Origin: Octopus sinensis
Taxonomy: Eukaryota
Length of the DNA stretch: 64,000 bases
Assembly: GCF_006345805.1 (NCBI RefSeq)
Contig: NC_042999.1
Coordinates: 144,522,001 to 144,586,000 of the forward strand
Direction of reading: 5' to 3'
Shown here piece after piece: positions 25,633 through 39,130 of this stretch. The position numbers were made by a program, and so were the translations under genes. The notes under the pieces were generated by a model. That model was not told where the DNA came from, searched no databases, and was given only the letters and a program-made list of their open reading frames with translations. Position 1 is the first letter of the stretch. Each line of letters starts with the position of its first letter.

Positions 25633-26434
25633 TTAAAAGTAACTCATAACAGTCATAAATTGAAACCAGTTCATTGATAGCTCAGCTTATCAGGAGTTTA
25701 CTTCCACCTTACAGTACTTGTATACTTACTATATTTTGTGATACCACAATGGGAATGTGGGAATTATTCAATCTATATATACATCATTTTTATTTAAGAA
25801 TTTCATTCATTTCACTTTGCTCTGGGAATTTCAAGCTATTACAGAGCAGAAAAGAATTTAATCTTGGTTAGATATTATTATTAAAATTGGTAACAGGATA
25901 AATATATCCAGTTGTAAAATTCAAGGTCATTAGATAAAACATTTTATATAGAAATATCTCCAAATACAATATGCCTTTTCATCATAGAACTGCTTAGTCA
26001 AAGCTGACAGAGAATTAAACAACAGAGCCAGTACAGGATGTACAGGTCAATGAAGAAGTAGTGGCCTCTTTCAAATTACACTCTACAATCTATAGAAAAG
26101 AGCGAATGTTGGGATATGCTCTAGGTATAGCCAAGATGGTCGTGCCTGGAGTGCCTTTGATCATGTTTTTGATGATGATACTATTGTAATATTTTGACAC
26201 TGCACAGCTAAATGATAAAACAATTGAATGTGAATATATTTAGTAGAGGAAGGATAATCTCATTGGATGCCTTATTGGTTTATCATATATCATTATGATC
26301 TAACAAGTCATTAGTTTAAAGCTATGACAGGCATTTCATTTGTGTTCATGAATAAGACTTTTTTTTTTACATTGGATCAGTTTACTGAGGGGAAAAGTCA
26401 AACTTTTTTGAGAAATATGCCTTTTTTCTTATAA

Positions 26435-26890
26435 AATAATAATGAAATTATTGTATACAGTGCTCAGGTGCACTACAACTTGTCAGAAACTGTGTATAAA
26501 GTGTATGCAGTAATGTACAAATGTCTGGAAAGCAAACAATGTATGAGTCAGATACATGCTTGTGTGTATATGGAGGGGAGAAAATCAGGTGTAGTGTTGA
26601 CAAATCTCAGAAAGCATGGAAGTTTTGAAGGATGCAGTGCTCCGACAACTAACAACTGATGCCGGCAGTTTGTTCCATGCTTCAGCAACTCTCAGCGTGA
26701 AAAAATGTTTCCGAAAGTCATGGGAGCTGTGCTGTTTTCTGACTTTGTAAATATGTCCACGGGTGTTAGACGGGTGGAGTTTGAAAAGGTGCTCAGAGTT
26801 ATTGTTTGTAAGATGGTTAATAATTTTATGGGTGTCTGCCAAGTCAGCTGCCAGACGTCGGAGTTTCAATGTGTCCATGCCCACACATGA
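26435..26890 (-). mobile_element. CR1-group LINE 3' end
   Basis: ORF 26585-26893 reads LRRLAADL…NTRGHIYKVRK…RKHFFTLRVAEAWNKLP…FKT. A minus-strand (TAT)-like tail lies near 26435. Confidence 0.85.
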
Positions 26891-29706
26891 CATACAAGAA
26901 ATAGCAACTGAAAATCTCTCAAATCACACCCTGTTGCCCTAAAAAGTAGATTGAATAATGTAAACTTAGAGATACTGTCTTAGAAAACTAAGATGGGATA
27001 GCCATGGCTAGAATACTTTTGATCATAGGCCTACTCAGAGAGATGTCTTGGGGCTAAATAACAATATTACAGAAAGTAGAGTTAGGAGGTGCTAACCATA
27101 TAGACAAATCATTGTTGTATATGAAAAGATCAAACTTTCAAAATATCTATGGTTTCATTGTGAAGGAATTTAAGAATAATAAAATATAGAACAAAAGTTA
27201 CAAACAAGACAGAAGCAGTTAATTAATTATAAAAACAGCACACAATATATGAAATAATCAATTCAATATATGTAAAAACTAGCAAAACTAAAATGTGTTT
27301 ACATATTCAGGATTTATTACAGTACATTTTGTATCTTCATTTTCATTGTCCTGGGATTTTGTTGATTACAGCAGACAACATTCCTTTTCTTTATTATTAA
27401 CAAATATATACACTCCTATTTTTTCCATGAACTTCCTAAGTTTAATTTTGTTCATTGTCATCATCATTATCAGCCACAGCATCTTCTACTTCTGTAATGA
27501 ATGTACAATGTTCATTTTGTGTGTTTCCTGTACAGAATGTGTGTTTAGCAACACTTAAGTGAAAATATTTATAACTTTTTTTTAGCCTCAAGTACACCAA
27601 TGTTACAGTAATTGTTGTAGAGTAAAAACAGTCCTTTAGCAAGTTGTTTGTAGTTAATTTTGATTTCTAGTTAAACATCTTCCATATTTTACATTTCTCT
27701 CCATCAAAAAATCTATAACCTTGTATTTTTTGTAAGGAACAATATTTCATAGTCCAGCATCTGTCTAAGTGTTATACTGAAACATCATTCTTGTTCAAAC
27801 CTATATTTGTTGTATTCTAAAACAGTTTTTTGATCTGCAAGTGGTTAAGTTGGTTGAACGTTGGTCTATCAGCTGAATGGTCCATGGTTGCACTATGGAG
27901 TAAACTGCAGAGCACCAAGATTGCAACCTTAGTTTAATTTCTGCATGTAAGCTATTTTACTTACTCTAAAAGGGATTATGGTATGAAAATCCACAGCAAA
28001 AGTCAAAAGAGCTAATCGCTCATAACTAGTTACTTCTGACTGAAAATTCAAGCCATCTGACTCTATCATACACACACTTGTTTATACATATAGACCATCT
28101 TCAAGTGATATCCTTATGGAACTCGAATCACATTTCTTATTAGTTTGAAAGCAATAGCACTGCTGAGGTGAGAGGACACTAAATGCCATCTGAGAAGTTG
28201 GTATTGTGTGTCTTGTCACTACCACTGTCGTGTTTCTCTGGCTATAATTAACTCTCATTAGCTTGGATTACTTTGATGTAAGTAGGTACCACAGAGTTGT
28301 ATAAATTCACCACTGTCAACAGCAAGAACACCGTCAGATTGATGAGTGTTTCCTCACCAATTTGCTGTACTGTGTTAAAGTCTTCTAGATGGCATGGATA
28401 AGTTAATGTAAAACCATCCTAATACAGTTGGCTCTGGAATCACTACTAATTATTTAGGAATACATTTGCATGCCATAGATTTAATTTACAACTTTAATAC
28501 TGTTATATCTCCATTATACTACATTGTTATATCTCCATTATACTACATTGATTGAAAGGTATAAAGTTTTGTACAATTTTTATATATTGTTCATTTTTTG
28601 TTTTAAATATTTCTGAATACCAATTGCCTTGAATTTTCCTTGAACAGTAACCAAAGCTGATCATCTTGCCAAGCTTTTTTATATTTTTCAGTGATCTAAG
28701 AAATCTTCTTTCATTAGGCTTCATAGTTCTCTGTAAGTGATTTTCAGACAGGTTTCTAATACAAAATTCTTGAAAGAATAAAATTTCATCTACATATGAA
28801 CAGGTGGAATAATTTTTTTAGTTTCCCATTATAAGAAGCGTTTGTACTGTTCTATTGACTGCTGAATTTTCATTTTAATTGTTCATCATTTCTACATTTA
28901 CTTCTATAAATCCAAAATCATTGGGGATATGTCAACAGGAATTATGAAGCAGGAAGTGTTTTACACCATTTGTTGAGTGCGAGTTATATAAGTTTGTGGA
29001 ATATATTAATGTTTGGGCCCTGTCTATCCCTGAGAAATGTTCTTCAGTTCAGTTTTCTTTGTATTGAATATAATGTCTGAGCAAGGTGTTTGAATGTTCT
29101 ATTAATCATAATGCAAAATTTTGTATGGGAACCATATTTTCATTCACTATTTTTAACCGTCTGCAGGAATTTGAACAGATGTTTCAAAATCTCTGTAATC
29201 ACATTAGTTCTGAATATTATGATCACCTCTCTAATGTTGATTTAGAGCAGTAAGCTATCGTAGCTGGGGGGCAATAAATGGTTTTCATTTCATTTTCATT
29301 AATAGGACACTATTTCTGGGTTAGAGACATTAATCTAAAAATGTTCTTGAATCTCTCAAAGATTGGAATAAGAGCCAGAATGAAAAACAGTTTAGAGTAG
29401 TATATAGGTTGATATTTAATAGTACATATTTGTCCCACTTCTAACAAGAACTGTAATACATCTATCTCATAAACTGTGACATTTTATCAGAAACACTAGC
29501 TAAGTGTTCGTTATTTGAAGATTTGTTGTGCATTAGGAAATTGAAAATGAAATCATAAGAACAGAATACAATCTATAGTCAGTGTTATTCATTGATCATG
29601 GCTTGAATATTGAAGAAATGAAAGAGAACATCTGATTGGTTTATACTGTGTGTTAACATTCCTTTTTTGTATTTTCTTCCTGGTCTTAAAATCTAGAACT
29701 AATAAA

Positions 29707-29750
<44 letters not shown>

Positions 29751-32700
29751 TCCCTCCCTCCCTCCCCATGTCTTGAAAGCATTAGAATGGTTTCCATTTT
29801 TATCACCATAAGTGATGGTGTTAAATGGCTTCAACCATCAGTGTTCCAAACTTATCCTTATATCTGACATTATGTCTCCCCTATATCCTACATTATTATA
29901 TTTGGTTCTGTCACAATCATAATTCATCATTGACATTTCAATTAACATTTTTTTCATGCTGGGTTGTTTTGAAAAGGTCTTTAGTATTGTATATCACCTA
30001 TGTCTTTCATCTTGCCTCCTCTTATCTGTGAGGGCTACCATCCTCAAATATGACACCTCCAATTCCACAGTCTTACTCTGCTACAAACTAACATACAGAA
30101 CTTCATCATCAACAGGTACCATCGAAGCTCATTGCACGTATAAAACAATGCAAACACTTCTCCTATTTACACTAGTTGACATTTTTTATACCCTAATCAC
30201 TATCCCATCTTTTTGATGTTTATTGAATGTACAATAACGATTTGACTCTCATGTTGGTTGATACTGTATATGAAATAAGTGATAAGCAACTGATTAATAT
30301 TCTAAAATTTGATCTAATGCACTCTACATCTTCCTTAACTTACTTCCATTCTATGTTCTCTCTGCTTCCAGCTTTAATTGTCACAGATCTGTTCTAATAA
30401 CCAAATGCTAATTCTTTTGTCACTCTCTTCCCAGTCAAATACCAAACAATTTGTCTGATGTGACTGCCAAATCCCAAATGTTACATTAGCTGACCTCTAC
30501 ACCAGCTATCATCAGCTATTAACTTTAATGTTACATGGAAATCTCTGATTATCACATTATATTAAATCTATTCAAAGAAAATCTTCTACATGAGCTAAGA
30601 AGCTGTTATGTGGCTGATCAACATGCTTGAAATAGCAGCTAATTTTGTTTTAATTACATCCCACTGACTTAAAAAGGGTAGGACACATTGAATAATGTAA
30701 TCCTAGATACTTAATTAAGAGAAACAGGATAGCTGTGGCTAGGATGCCTTTAATCATAAGTCTATTCCTTCAGGAATAATGAAGCCAAACAACTATAATA
30801 CTCTACACTAGTATGCACATGTTATGACACATGCTGAATGAGTATATGGTGTGAGATGGTAGTCATATTATGAAATACATCACCAAGTGATTATAAGATA
30901 GAAAGGTTTTTTTTTAAATTCTTCCTAAATCAAGCCAAACAGTGTGATAATGGGATCACCCTATTTTCAATCACCTTGATGTACATCCAAACCTCGTTGA
31001 AGTATCATTAAACTCAAACTTCTTTTTGTAAGTTCCATACCATACTGGTATAGTATGTGTGTGTGTGTGTGTACTTGTGTGCAAAGCATGTATTTCTCTT
31101 CACTTCTTTCTACCTAAGTGACAAACCGGTTCCATTTTTTTTTTTTTTTGTCATGCTTCAGTTGTTAATTGTAGGCTGAACCAATAACTGTAAAAGTAAA
31201 GCAAATGCTTGACTATTTGAATTTTAAAGAAATATTTAAATATCCAGCCCATTATTAACATAAAACAGTAAATAGAAAAAAGTACTACTACCAACACCAT
31301 GCACTTATATATTTGTATGGATATTGTGAAATGAAACACCTAAAAGAAATAGAAGTGCCTGTATTAGTCAGCTTATTGTTTCTGTATAACAATAAGCCAT
31401 GAACATATGAAATTGTACATTTATGGCTATGCAGCTAAGAGGTTCACTTTGCGGCTGCATGGTTTTGGGCTTGATCCACTGTGCAGAGCAACATTTTGAG
31501 AAAGTGTCTTCAAGCAAGGCTTTGTGGGTGAAATTTCATAGACAGAAACAGCATGGAAGTATTTCAAAGTAATCAATCCTATTCTTAAGTGATAAACTCA
31601 GTTCATTGCACAGTTTAATACAACCATCTGATCTTGAATGCCATCAATGGAATCCATTATTTGCAAGCACTCAAGCCAGGTCTTTGGTCTGATGATTATT
31701 TCCACCTGCCTCAAATACCCTGAGAAAGGATCATGTTAAGGCACTGCCTTTTCTCATCTAAGACCTAAAAAAATAATAACTTTGCTTGTTTCCACTCATT
31801 GTGCTGTAGCCTCAGAGACAGCCATATTAATCTCGTTATCCTTAACACCTACCTGTTACATCTACAGCCAAATATCTTAGTGTGTCCCAGAGAGAGCTCA
31901 GTATGGGTGGAAACCACATGTTGAGCAAAAGGGCAAAAGCTCACTCAATCTCAATCAAAATCCAACAGTTGAAAAAAAAGATCAGTAAATAAAGAAATGA
32001 ATATATATTGTAAAGATGACAAACTGTTCACATAACCATAAATTGTGTGTACTCCAGTTTTAGAAAAAGTACACCATATTCTTGCATGTTGTAAGAGGCA
32101 ATGAAAATGGTTGGCAGCAGCTAGAGCGTCCAGCCATAAAGCACTACCTCAAAAATAGTATCATGTTGAGATTGTCATGGTAACCACTAGGAGAAAATAA
32201 CTTTAAAATATTTGTCATTGCTATGTCAATTTGTGTATATGTCTACATGTGTGTTCACTTATTTCTATGCAGAATTACAGTGTTTGTGCAGTGTTGTTGT
32301 TGGTGCTTCTCCTTTCAATAACTTGTCTGCTCCTCCAAAGCCATGTGAAATAAGAAATCCCTTACTTGAAAAACTGCTGTAAAACAATACCTTCAATAAA
32401 ATATTCATCTGAACCATGTTAACATATCAAAATGAACACAAAACAAGCTAATGTCAAATTAAATTTACATCTTATCTGAATTTAATCTATATTTTCAACA
32501 ACAGCATCATGAAGCAGTACATCAAGTATTAGTGAATACAGTAGAATTTAAAATTAAAAATCTGAAATTGAATTAAAATATTGCAAAGCTTTTAATCCTT
32601 TGCTCCACTGGTTCTGTCATTCCACTACCCTTAAAACTTTTAGTAAGCATAAGAAGTAGTACAGTTGTGTGTGTGTGTGTGTATAAATGTGCAAATACAG

Positions 32701-32771
32701 GATCTATTTACAGAACGAGGTGTAATGTATGTATGCATAAAGTTGTATATATGTACATGTGTGTATGGATT

Positions 32772-32814
<43 letters not shown>

Positions 32815-32817
<3 letters not shown>

Positions 32818-33272
32818 CAAAATCACAAGTGAAAATCAAAATCAAAATCAAAATCGATCCACATCAATGGAATTTGTAGTTTGTGGTACCAGTGCCAGTG
32901 GCACATAAGAGAACCATTCGTACGTGGCCGTAGCCAGCACCGCATCGACTGGCCTCCGTGCTGGTGGCACGTAACAAACACCATCGGATCGTGGCCGTGC
33001 CAGCCTCGCCTGGCCTCCGTGCCGGTGGCACATAAAAAGCACCATCCGAGCGTGGCCGTTCGCCAGCCTCGTCTGGCACCTGTGTCGGTGGCACATAAAA
33101 AGCACCCACTACACTCACGGAGTGGTTGGCGTTAGGAAGGGCATCCAGCTGTAGAAACACCGCCAGATCTGACTGGCCTGGTGCAGCCTTCGGGCTTCCC
33201 AGACCCCAGTCGAACCGTCCAACCCATGCTAGCATGGAAAGCGGACGTTAAATGATGATGATGATGATGATG
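32815..33272 (+). mobile_element. RTE 3'-UTR/tail fragment or RTE-dependent SINE with an internal motif array
   Basis: Four GTGGCACRTAAxAAxCACC units, then CACTACACTCACGGAGTGGTTGGCGTTAGGAAGGGCATCCAGC…(ATG)n. Preceded by (AAAATC)n and (TA)n. Confidence 0.85.
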
Positions 33273-33954
33273 TGTGTGTTGTAGCTGTGCATATTTATGG
33301 ATGTACTTTAGGTGTAGGCATGGAGTTGTGTTCTTAAGTTCACTTCACAATCATATAAGTGGAAACTGTATTGAAGCCCAGTATGTGTGTGTATATGTGT
33401 GTCTTTTTATAGCAGTCTGGGGCAAAAACTGGTACATTCGAGTAGAGACACCGAAAGGTATTGAAGCCAGTCTTAATTAGCTCCCTTTACTGCAGTATCT
33501 ACTTTGCATTTTTATCTTAAGAGAACAAATAAGTCCCAAACACAGTACTGAAGTTAATGTAATTGACTAAATTATCTTGAATATAGAGCTCCAGCATGGG
33601 CATGACCCAGTGACTGAAACTAGTGAAAGAATAAAAGGGTGTGTGTGTGTGTGTGTAGACCTTATCTCATGCATTAAGTATTTATGAATATGCCAGATGT
33701 TGTGATTATGTGGAGTGCTTAATTTCCCTAATGTGGTTACAATTGGTGAAGTCCTCTTAACTTACATCACCAGCAATGTTAGGAAATGTGTGAACATCAC
33801 AACATTTCATTTCATCTTTTCATGCTTCAAAACTTTACACTTTATGTTAGAAATTATTTTTGTTTATGTGTTTAGATTGTGTCATGCCCATAGTTTAAAA
33901 TTTATTTGATGATGTATTGCTACTTGGTTGCTAAGGAACCTCTCTGTCTCTCAC

Positions 33955-33986
<32 letters not shown>

Positions 33987-34930
33987 ATTTCACAATAAAC
34001 AAAGAGTAACAGTAGAAGGCAGAATTAAGGGTAGCAGCCAGTTGAATATATTTAATAAAAACTGAGAAAATATGACATTTTATAAGTAATTTTATTGTTT
34101 ATATTTATATCATCACAGAATTATTAGTTGTAGTCATTATCTATATAAGATTTAGAGATAGTATAAAGATAAGATATATATGTTCCAGATCTAGTAAACA
34201 AGATATATGTATATATATATATATATATGCATGGATGGAGGCACGAGATTTACTACCAGCTCACTAAGTGTTTTGCATAAATGCAGAAAATGTGTCAGAG
34301 ATGCAAAATATATACTACTACTAAGAATACTACAGACATGCTCCAGATGTGTTACATATGTAGGCGACAAGTTGTACCAAAAATTCACAAAATGGCTAGA
34401 TGCACTGAAGACACAAGCAGCCAGCTGTGTTATTATAAATCTACAAGGTATACCATAAATACAAATGTACAAATTATACTATAAACATTACTGACAAGAT
34501 AAAAAGATAAGATGTAGTATTACTAATGTACAAAAACTACTACTACAGATGAGAAAATGTATTACAGAAAATAGTTACAAATACACCACATAAGTTATGA
34601 GCAAAATAAACACATATTGTACACTGTTAAGATACTAGATAGCTATAAGGTTGTTCTCAAATACATGTATAATACTTAAACTGTTGTCAGCATCTACAGA
34701 TGGATCCTCTGTCAGTTTTGACAATATATATTCAGTTGTTCAATGAACTGAGCTACTTATTAAATTAGCATCTAAGTAGCTGAATATTCTGTAGATACAT
34801 GTATTTTAACATAACCCTTAGATTGAATCAGCACAACATAGTATGTGTTAAAGCTGAAGCTTTGACCTAACCCTAACCCTTATCCATCCAAGAGGATTCT
34901 ACACAGTCTCTGTTCACCCAATGTCTTTTA

Positions 34931-35491
34931 CATGGTGACCCCAAAAAAAGAACAGAACCCACAAATCTTTAAATAAAACTGTTTGAATAAAATAATACAG
35001 AGGGATAGATCAAGATGAACAGTGGTTCCAGCGAGACAGGGCCATCCCCCACACATCAAATGACTCCCTAGCCTGGCCAAGAGAGCGATTTTCAGGAGAG
35101 ACTGATCGGCAAGAAGTATGACATTGAGTGGGCACTGCATTCACTGGACTTGAACCCCACCAGATCTTTATCTGTGGAGGTATTTCAAGGATAATGTTTA
35201 CCTAAACAACCCTCAAATGATTGGTGAACTGAAGGCAGCAATCACAGTAGAAATCAGGGAAATCCCCTAAGAGGAATGTGTTCGAGTGATTGACAATTTT
35301 GCGTGACATATGCAAGTGTTTGCACAACATATGCCATTTGGAGCACATTTTGAAAAGAACATTACTTTTATGCAAAAGGAATGATCATTCACAGACCAAA
35401 GTTTAAGTCCAGCAAATTTCTTGAAATTTGCTGGACCTTAGTAGGATTTAATAAAATTTTTATGGGTTCTGTTTTTTAGGGGTTCACCCTG
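34931..35491 (+). mobile_element. Tc1/mariner DD41D (rosa-type) internally deleted element
   Basis: TA-CATGGTGACCCC…GGTTCACCCTG-TA termini. The remnant WFQRD…EWALHSLDLNP(P)D…YLWRYFKDNVY…ELKAAI gives 41 residues between the two Asp after correcting two 1-nt insertions. Confidence 0.8.
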
Positions 35492-36291
35492 TACAAGGCA
35501 TAGATCAACCTGACTATAGTAAAAGACACTTGTCTAATATCCATACCATCAGATTGGACTGAGAAACTCTTGATTGCAAAACTATCTTCTTAACTATCCA
35601 GCCATGCCAGCTTACAAGATATGTGCTGCAAATATACGATCCACCACAAGAACATCTAATGAGATAAACAAATTAATTACAGCTATAATAAGGCAATCTA
35701 CTATGATCACAATTGAGAAAATGTTAAGTAGACACACTAAATTTACTATTGGTACATTAGATATATATGTACAAATACAAGAGAACATGATGTGTTACAT
35801 TCTTGCTCAATGTGTTTTGAACACAGCTAACAGGATAAAACTTCAGCTTTGCTAGATTTATAACCAACACCAGATGTGTTGCAGAGGGTACACAATACAG
35901 ATATAATAGATGTAATAGATGACAGATATAATAGATGTAATAGATGACAGTGTAAACTACAGAAGTACTAGGTGTGTCATAGAATTATATCTAATACAAT
36001 CACTAGATGTAACAAGAACACTACAGAGAGTGAATACTACAGACACATTAAAGTGCCACTATCACATGTGTTTGACAACATAAATGACAGATGCTCCAAA
36101 TGTACTGCAGAAATACTAGATTCTAAAAGTATGAGATGTTTTATAGACAGAGAAATGAATGTGTTTACAAACACTGTGACAAGATAAGCAATACATGTAC
36201 CAGATGTTTTAGAAAAATATTGCATTTATGTCACATACACATTATCAAACTAGACATGGTTTATTGGAATATAAAAATGGTTTTTATTTAC

Positions 36292-36984
36292 TTACTCATT
36301 TGTTTGTTCCTCTTGGCTCTCTGAAATATCTGATTGGTTGTCAACATCACTAGCTTCATCTGTTTCCTGCCTTATATGATCCTTGACATTGTCATCATCA
36401 TCATCATCATCTGTAGGTTGTTTTTTCCAACAGCAGCATTTAAAGATTGCCACAGTCAATGCAATGCAAATAAATGCTACTATTGCAGTTAGAACATTTA
36501 AAACCATATTTGGTATTTGTTGCGAAGAATTACTTTTATCCACATGTAAATCCTTCTTAATATCTATAGATTTTTTGCTAGCAGGGACATATTTTAGAGG
36601 TGCAGCTGCCTTATGCTGTTTATACAGAAATTCCTGGCTTTGGTTGATGCCAGCCTTTGTAGTCTGTTCTACAGCTTTGGTCTTTCGATCGTTGTCAATA
36701 AAGTATTTCTCTTGTTTATTATCTACTCTGGGTTTTCTTGCTCTGTTGGCGGAAATAGACGTTACTGACAAACCTGTTGAGTTTTGGATATAACCATTCT
36801 GTTTGTTTGTTGATATTGAACGGTGAAGGTGTGGCTCAACTGCTGCCAGTTTTGTTTCCAAATTGACAGGAAATCCTTTTTGGTCTGTTTCCTCCTTAAG
36901 AGTTGACTTTTGTATATAAGGCCTACAGTGAATCGACACACTGTTGAAGAGTAGTGTCAGTGACAACACCAGCAACATCTCCAT
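36292..36984 (-). CDS. Uncharacterised single-pass type-I membrane protein (230 aa if unspliced)
   Basis: Longest non-repetitive ORF in the window, with an in-frame stop 9 codons upstream of the ATG. It has a hydrophobic N-terminal signal (MLLVLSLTLLFNSVSIHC), a K/Q/S/N/T-rich ectodomain with NST, NQS and NSS sequons, a TM segment VLNVLTAIVAFICIALTVAIF, KCCCWKK, and an acidic tail. Confidence 0.8.
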   Translation of the reverse strand: MEMLLVLSLTLLFNSVSIHCRPYIQKSTLKEETDQKGFPVNLETKLAAVEPHLHRSISTNKQNGYIQNSTGLSVTSISANRARKPRVDNKQEKYFIDNDRKTKAVEQTTKAGINQSQEFLYKQHKAAAPLKYVPASKKSIDIKKDLHVDKSNSSQQIPNMVLNVLTAIVAFICIALTVAIFKCCCWKKQPTDDDDDDDNVKDHIRQETDEASDVDNQSDISESQEEQTNE

Positions 36985-38408
36985 CGAGGGAAATTTTTTT
37001 CTTCTATCTCAGAAAATGATAAACTACTCTTCTGTCTGCTGGTGCTATTATTATCAGTGTTGTTTTTGTTTGTCTTAGAATTTCATATGATATTTTCTTG
37101 AAAGTGAGAAGCAAGTGTTTGTTTATTTCGGTCCATTTCTTCTGTAAATGCCTCTGATGCTGTTGTTATTAGTACATATAGTCTCTACATGAATCAGTGC
37201 TAAAATAACCCAAGCCTCTGATTTTGTCTCTTCTTCTGCCATATAAAAGCATGCCTTATTGCAGAAACATCAGCTCAATAAACTGGAGAGCTGTTGTTCT
37301 AAACAAAATTTATTCAGACCAGACCAGTGCAGAACAGAGAAGTTAGATATATTTAGAGGGATGAAGATATTGGCAACAGTTTATTGAAGCTAGTAGATCA
37401 GCCACTAACTGCTGTTAGTTATAGAGAAGGAAAACATTTGTTAATGTTGACTCATACTGAATGAATTCTTGGTATGTTTTGGTTAGTTTACCTGCTTCTC
37501 CAACCTACAAAAGAAAAAGTTTTCAAGAAGTAAAAACTTATTGTATTTTGTTCTTGGTGGCAATATTTTAAAGTTTTGTTTTATGTTGTTATTGTTTTTG
37601 CATCTTTCTTATAATGAATATATCTTTTCCTTCCTTTCTTCATTTTCCCTTTATTATGAATTCTGAAATGTTCCTTATCAATTATTCAGTTTGTTTTCTA
37701 TTATATTATAGTTTCCATAGATTCTTTGTTCTACTAGTGACACCCAGATACAAGCAGCTGACTTCCCCATTGTGATCATTATATTTAAGTTTGTGTATGG
37801 ACATATACATGTACATTTACCTGGATATTGTGTGTATACATGTGTATGTGTGACTGAATGTGTATATGGGAAAATGTGATTGAGTGCATACATGTGTGTG
37901 TGTGCATATGGGCAAGTGTGTGTGTGTGCGCGCGTGGCTATGGTATTCAGTTAACATTTATTCTTGAAAACTTGACAGATTTATGAGACACATGATAAGG
38001 TAGCAGTCTGTATGTGGAAAATGAGTAATAAGTTTCAGTTTTTAAAAACAAATGCTGAACATATCTTGTTTGTATTTGTGTTTTATTAAAATGCTTATAT
38101 TATGAATTCCTTTTCTCTTGACTTTACACACACAAACTAAAGTGATTTTGTGTGAGTGTGTGTGAACTGGCACTGATATTAAATAGTGTTAAATACCTAT
38201 AGTATGTAAAACAGTGGCTCCATTTCTCTGAAGCCACTGGATTTGTTGTGTACACAAACAGGTTGGCTATTTGTTTGTTTGGGATTGGTGAAGTGATGTA
38301 GACACTTCATATGAAAACCCAATAAGGTTAAAAAAATTGATTATATTTTGTTCATTCTTTTTCAATCTATGGAAAAATAGTTAAATCTGCCCAGAGTGTA
38401 AGTCTACC

Positions 38409-38469
<61 letters not shown>

Positions 38470-38472
<3 letters not shown>

Positions 38473-38860
38473 CCTCTTCTGGCCCCCCATGCAGGTGGCA
38501 CGTAAAAAGCACCATCCGTTTGTGGCTGTTGCCAGCCTCGCCTGGCCCCCGTGCCGGTGGCACGTAAAAAACGCCATCCGATCGTGGCCGTTGCCAGCTT
38601 CGCCTGGCCCCCGTGCCGGTGGCACATAAAAAGCACCATCCGTCCGTTGCCGTTTGCCAGCTCCGTCTGGCACCTGTGCGGGTGGTATGTAAAAAGCACC
38701 CACTACACTCACAGAGTGGTTGGCGTTAGGAAGGGCATCCAGCCGTAGAAACACTGCCAGATCAGACTGGGCCTGATGCAGCCTTCTGGCTTCACAGACC
38801 CCAGTTGAACCGTCCAACCCATGCTAGCATGGAAAGCGGACGCTAAATGATGATGATGAT
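38470..38860 (+). mobile_element. RTE 3'-UTR/tail fragment with motif array
   Basis: Four GTGGYAYRTAAAAAxCxCC units, then the same tail as 32815-33272 ending in (ATG)n. Starts at a (TA)n tract. Confidence 0.85.
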
Positions 38861-38884
38861 GGTGTGTGTGTGTGTGAAGGATAA

Positions 38885-39130
38885 AGACCTTCAGTCAAAA
38901 ATGACCATGAGATTGAACCTAGAAAGTTCCCCTCTCCACACCACTGATGTTATCCAAGGAAAAGGCATAGGCTGATACAGCTTGGCACCAGTGATGTCAC
39001 AACTCATTTCTACAGCTGAGTTAACTGGAGCAATGTGAAATAAAGTGTCTTGCTCGTGACACAAAACACAGCCTGGTCCAGTAAGTGAACTCACATCCTC
39101 ACGATTGCACATCTGATGCTCTAACTACTA
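38885..39130 (-). mobile_element. tRNA-derived SINE, family D (decayed)
   Basis: Minus-strand head TAGTTAGAGCATCAGATGTGCAATCGTGAGGATGTGAGTTCACT, followed by GCAAGACACTTTATTTCACATTGCTCCAG. Confidence 0.55.

Noticed and set aside
28150-29250. Possible decayed RT or integrase remnants on the minus strand, plus a 24-bp tandem duplication at 28501-28550
   Set aside because: The motif similarities (VLSP, IEHSNT, YNSHST) are too fragmentary to assign a family without a search.
32895-33110. CRISPR-like repeat/spacer pattern (also 9300-9510 and 38495-38700)
   Set aside because: Eukaryotic context, no cas genes, spacers are related to one another, and the array is part of an RTE 3' UTR.
34866-34880. 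Telomere-like CCTAACCCTAACCCT
   Set aside because: Only about 2.5 units; too short to call an interstitial telomere.
36383-36793. 136-aa + strand ORF
   Set aside because: It is the antisense shadow of the 230-aa minus-strand CDS.
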